Shown: positions 59,446 to 64,000 of the stretch, piece after piece
Layout of the letters: each line of letters opens with the position of its first letter
Numbering within the stretch: the first letter of the stretch is position 1
NCBI GenBank assembly: GCA_964016885.1
Contig: OZ024746.1
Span: 98,146,001 to 98,210,000 of the forward strand
DNA length: 64,000 bases
Source: Eledone cirrhosa
Lineage: Eukaryota
Reading direction: 5' to 3'
Program-made: the position numbers and the translations under genes
The notes under the pieces: model-generated
Told to the model about the DNA's origin: nothing
Database searches by the model: none
What the model saw: only the letters and a program-made list of their open reading frames with translations

Positions 59446-59836
59446 AGCGTCATGCGTACTGCCCTTCACTTTTGATTAAGCGGAAAGAAATACTGTCTTC
59501 ATCCACAAGCAGAATTCATACCGTATTGACCATTATGAGAATTCGGTACACCAAGGGTTAATAAAACATGACTAGATACTAAAATATGTCACGTTGCCGT
59601 GTACGTCACAAGAAGCAGGTAATGAACGAACACATTTAATTATTGTTCACAGAATAAAATAAAATGGATGGTGAAATGGACATTTCTAAATCAATAATGT
59701 CGTTCGTGTTTAGTTTGAACTGCTTAAGGTTCATTGTAAAAAAAGAAAAAATGTTGCCAAGGTAACGAAAAAAACCACAACAAGCTTGATTGATCTACTG
59801 CTGATAGCTGCCTAATCTCCCTCAAATCATATACTA

Positions 59837-60302
59837 TAGGTTCTCAAGCTCCCCCACCCCACGGCCACGTAATACCCTCCCAGCGCCCCCACCCCTATTT
59901 CCAGAGAGACCTGCCTACACACAAATTGTAAATAATATATAATAAATAAAACCGTTGATTTATATATAATAAATAATATAATATTTACTATGTATAAATA
60001 AATATATATTTTTTGGTTTTACTATATTTATATATAATACTAGACGACCCGTGACCCGTTGGGTCAAGTTCACTTCAAAATTTTTTTTTAAATCATGTTC
60101 ATTTAAAAATAATTTTTAAATAATTAAAATGTACACAAACATGTATATAATGTGAAATGAAACTGAAAGGCCCACATATAAATACGCGTGTGTATGTATG
60201 TATATAAATGTGTGTTTGTATACATATATATACATGTGTGTGTGTATATATGTATGTGGGTGTCTGTTATCTATATACACTGGTCATAGACACACACACA
60301 TA

Positions 60303-60340
<38 letters not shown>

Positions 60341-60793
60341 ACCAGCTCTCTCTCTCTCTCTCTCTCTTCCATTCTCCTTCTCTGTCTCCTCTCCCTCTCT
60401 CTATGTCTCTCTTTCAATCTACTCTCTCACAACCACTATCTCTTTCTCTCTATCCTTCTCTCTCTCTCTGTTTATGAAGTTACCCAGAAAACCCCATATC
60501 TCGGGAACCTATGCTCCGATTTACGCGAAACTTGTTTTATTCCATTTGTATTCCCATTTCAGGGTCAACTTCCTTTCAAAGTATTTTCCCATTATGCGCC
60601 CTTTTGGCTGTATTACATTACAGAGAAGCAAGCAAGCAATCACAGACTTTTAGTAATATATAGATGTATCATTTGATATCTAATATACTATTATATTATA
60701 TCTAACGCCACATTAGGCCCCAGCGCAGCCCTGGACCTTTTGAACGCTCCCCGGAGGGGGGGGGGGCAGTAACACCCACTTTGAGAGCCTCTG
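59837..60793. mobile_element. hAT-like MITE carrying a Helitron (60040-60664, minus)
   Basis: Right TIR TTTGAGAGCCTCTG; Helitron 5' TCTATATATTAC, 3' hairpin plus CTAG. Confidence 0.75.
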
Positions 60794-60897
60794 TCATATA
60801 CTAAAGTCTTACAAAAAAATAATAAGCATATCGTGTGATGTACTCCTGGATACATTACGTTTGAAAGAACCTCGGAATAATCATGTATCTGTAGAGA

Positions 60898-61090
60898 CAG
60901 TATCGGTAGAGGGTCGGACGCCATGCTTTGCAGCATAGAGTTACGTCTCTTTACGCTCTGAGTTCAAATCCAGCCAAGGTTAACTTTGCCCTTCATCCTT
61001 ACGGGATCGATAAAATAAAGTACCAGTAATGCACTGGGTCAATTTAATCGACTTTCCCCTTCCCCCAAATTGCTGGCCTTGTGCCTAAAT
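60898..61090 (+). mobile_element. SINE A
   Basis: B-box and core intact. Confidence 0.9.
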
Positions 61091-61189
61091 CAAAAAGCGT
61101 TATACTCTGTTTAGTTTGTCACTAATAAGTAAAAACTATCCTCATTATTATCCTATTTCATAGAAAGCCGACGCTTTATATTTACGTTA

Positions 61190-61210
61190 TCTCTATATAT
61201 AAAACTGAGG

Positions 61211-61287
<77 letters not shown>

Positions 61288-61875
61288 TTTGAATCCCTAA
61301 AACTCGAGAAGTACCCAACCGATTTTTTTCAAACTTTACATGTGTATTACTTATTGTTTCAGGGAGTGCACATAAAATTCAACTTTTTGATCCCTAGAGC
61401 CCGCATTAGGTGAAAAACTGCGTTTTTTCAGCTTTTTATGGGTTTTTTTGAGACCTTACCTCAGACCGATTTCCTTTAAATTGTAACTATGTATTAGTCA
61501 GTCTCTTCTTCATACCGTGAGAAAGAAAATCCAACATTTTTATGGCCTAGGGCCCGCATTAGGTGAAAAACTTCATTTTTTCAGATTTTTAGGGATTTTT
61601 TGAGGCGTTACATCTAGCCGATTTTCCTGAAATTTCAAGGCATATTATGCATATAAAAAAAATTCATTTTCTTGATCCCCTAGGGCCCGCATTAGGTGAA
61701 AACCTGCATTTTTCCTGCTTCATCGAGGAAAATCTTAAAGATTATCCAGCCATCAGAGTATTCGGTTTATTTTCTTTACATATTGTCCAGGCATGTAGTT
61801 TTCCCACGATTAAGTCTGTTGGCGGCCCGCATTCCAAAATACCTTATCCCGTGCAACGCCGAGTACCACTGCTAG
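61190..61875 (+). mobile_element. Non-autonomous Helitron with (TG)n
   Basis: 5' TC; 3' CCGTGCAACGCCGAGTACCACTGCTAG. Confidence 0.88.
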
Positions 61876-62267
61876 TAAATTAATAAATGTAACGGCCCAA
61901 TATATTAGATTTAATTTATAACGTAATAATTAGCCACGGTTTATAGAGAGTTACATATATGTGTTTGAACTAAATCTCTACCTACATCTGACTTCTGTTT
62001 TTATTGTTCAAACCCATATATGTAAATGACTCTGTAACTCGGACAGATTTTCTTCAAGGATACATTAAGCGGTGACCAGCTATCACAAGAACTACTGGTG
62101 ACACTGCCGATTCTCACCGCAACTATCCTTCTTAGGATACATCGAGTTCTACAACGTTATCAGCCTCACCACAGCCAGGTGGACTCCGATAAATGTAATA
62201 TATTTCATTACGGTGTAGTACTCCACTATTTTCCTTTGGTAGTAAGGAATTCTAAACGACTTACACA

Positions 62268-62634
<367 letters not shown>

Positions 62635-63089
62635 TACACAATATAAATGAAGATGAGTTAGAGATTTCTAGAGGGCTCACAGATGATATACAATACAAAT
62701 GACGGTGGTGTAGGGCTCTTTAGAGGGCTTACTAATGATATACAATACGAATTACGATGAGTTAGGGATGCTTCGGGTTAACTTTTACATAGATGTTAAG
62801 CAGATTTGTATAGTTCTGGGGTCTTTATAGTCACAGTAGAAGGAAGAAGAAGGAACAAAATACATGTATGCCAGTAGTGGTTATGTGTTTGTACGAGAAC
62901 CTATGTCAATCAGAGGAATAAACGTCGGTTAGATGAACTTAGGTGCTTTTGCGTGTTTGGCAGCAACTCCAACAAAACGACTAATAAACCTGCGGAGCCC
63001 ATCCCTCTCCAGGACTGAGCACAGTTAATTTAGTCCAGAGAGAGAGATGGGGAGGGGTAATAGAGTGGAAGTGAGAAATGGATATAGAG

Positions 63090-63379
63090 CAGTGGTTCCC
63101 AAACTGCGAAGGCTTAGCCAAATTTTCATGGTATACTGTGATTGAAGTTTTAAATCTAGGAAGCAATTTTTCTTGAATAAACATTTTTCTTGAATTGAAC
63201 ATGATAGCAGTTTTGGGCGTTTTCGTACTACTTAAATTAAATCGTAGTAGAATTGTCATGCAGTTAATAAAAGTTTATATTTGAAATTTTTTGGAAATGC
63301 TGCCATAATATGATAGGGGATCGCGAGGCATCCAAAACAGGGTAAGGGGACCGCCGAGAAAAAAATTGGGGAACAATTG
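63090..63379. mobile_element. hAT-type MITE inserted in a SINE A'
   Basis: TIR CAGTGGTTCCCAAA / TTGGGGAACAATTG; 8-bp TSD (A/G)TATAGAG. Confidence 0.82.
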
Positions 63380-64000
63380 GTATAGAGGAAGACTGAATCC
63401 CAGTATTGAACTATAATTATTTGTATATCAAACTGCTATAGATAAAAGACAAAATTGACCTCGCAGGATTTGAACTCAGAGCAGAGAGAATTTGAAACGA
63501 ATACTGCAAAGAATTCTATCCGACTGTCTAACGTCTCCACCACGCCGCAATCTCTCTGGTAAAGTTACAGTGAGATATTTCACAGATCTTTACTACATCA
63601 CAGCTAACAACACTTTCTCAACATGTGATATCGATTCACCTCGACAAACGTAGAAATTTAAACAACGGGAATTCAGAACAGCAACGAGACTGTCTGAATC
63701 AGAGAGAAGTGGAATTAATCCTTAAATATGAACTACATTATAATACAAGTAGATAGGGAATTAGGAATAATAAGATGAACAGGCTGAATTATTTCTTAAG
63801 TCAACAACTGCGCATCGTTCTCACAGTTGAACTAATTATAATGTAGACGTTTGTTGACGTCAGGTTATCCATGCTCCTAAGATGTACTGCTGTGCTCGTC
63901 ATAGATTATTTGACAGATTATGTACTAAGGCAGGAAAGCTTCAGTTACTGGTCTCTTACAGCACAATAGTGGGTGTGCACAACATTAGTGAGTGTGCACA

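Overview
AT-rich, microsatellite-dense eukaryotic DNA, not prokaryotic. The SINE families suggest a coleoid cephalopod, probably Octopus (inference). The window is almost entirely nested transposable elements, and I can support no intact host gene. It contains a Penelope-like (PLE) reverse-transcriptase relic, a near full-length but frameshifted RTE LINE plus RTE fragments, two L1/Tx1-like ORF1 relics, CRE-like LINE 3' ends, Helitrons (one with PIF1/Rep remnants), hAT, piggyBac and pogo-type MITEs, many tRNA-derived SINEs, and a 44 x 45-bp array made from a SINE head. The most interesting signal is invisible to the ORF track: at least 8 complete and several degenerate or partial minimal type-I hammerhead ribozyme motifs from about 5 sequence families. 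Most sit in PLE-type terminal repeats beside (TA)n tracts, often within fold-back palindromes. Most share a C.C (or C.U) mismatch at pair 4 of stem II, and two related repeat copies begin or end close to the predicted cleavage site. Coordinates were read by eye and may be off by a few bases.
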